Shown piece by piece: positions 63,815 through 64,000 of a stretch of 64,000 nt of DNA; position 1 is the first letter of the stretch; each line of letters starts with the position of its first letter. The notes below the pieces were generated by a model. It ran no database searches. It saw only the letters and a program-made list of their open reading frames with translations, and had not been told where the DNA came from. The position numbers and the translations under genes were made by a program. Source of the DNA: Octopus sinensis (taxonomy: Eukaryota); the NCBI RefSeq assembly GCF_006345805.1, contig NC_043002.1, forward strand, positions 107,570,001 to 107,634,000, in the 5' to 3' direction.

Positions 63815-64000
63815 ACTGTACATTTTGAGGACCCCACTTCGGTCACGAATGGCCATGGGATTGCATCTAGAAAGTTCCCCTCCGAGGCACAAGTCCAGTT
63901 GTTTATGGAAGACCAGCAGTCTCCCGTGCATACCAGCCGCCTCTCTCCACGCCACTGATTTTGTCCAAGGGAAAGGCAAAGGCTGATATGTCTTGGTACC
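63815..64000 (-). mobile_element. 3' part of SINE family E, cut by window end
   Basis: Minus strand gtaccaagacatatcagcctttgcctttccct matches gtgccaagctgtatcggcctttgtctttccct at ~4552-4582. Confidence 0.6.

Overview
Eukaryotic, AT-rich, microsatellite-dense non-coding DNA (intergenic or deep intronic). I could not support any intact host protein-coding gene, rRNA, true tRNA gene or CRISPR array. The SINE set and repeat density suggest a cephalopod (Octopus-like) genome; this is inference from recall, not a search. The window is a mosaic of mobile-element relics: at least four tRNA-headed SINE families in many copies (my labels A, B, C, E); two Penelope-like elements with RT plus GIY-YIG, one carrying a clear minimal hammerhead-ribozyme motif in both of its terminal repeats; a 5'-truncated CR1-type LINE; several R4/Dong-like and RTE-like LINE fragments; a Tx1/L1-like element retaining only a tandem-monomer 5' region and ORF1; four Tc1/mariner relics (two DD34D, one DD37D, one DD41D-type); non-autonomous Helitrons; and hAT-, Tigger- and MULE-like MITEs. 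There are two 100-N scaffold gaps. Most ORFs in the supplied track are translations of simple repeats. The most interesting unexplained structures are the ORF1-only element at 19.5-21.4 kb, an unclassified ~825-bp tandem unit at 45.9-47.8 kb with dispersed relatives, variant hammerhead motifs, a ~450-bp palindrome, microsatellite-targeted retroelements and two short local duplications. Many coordinates are approximate (within about 10 bp).
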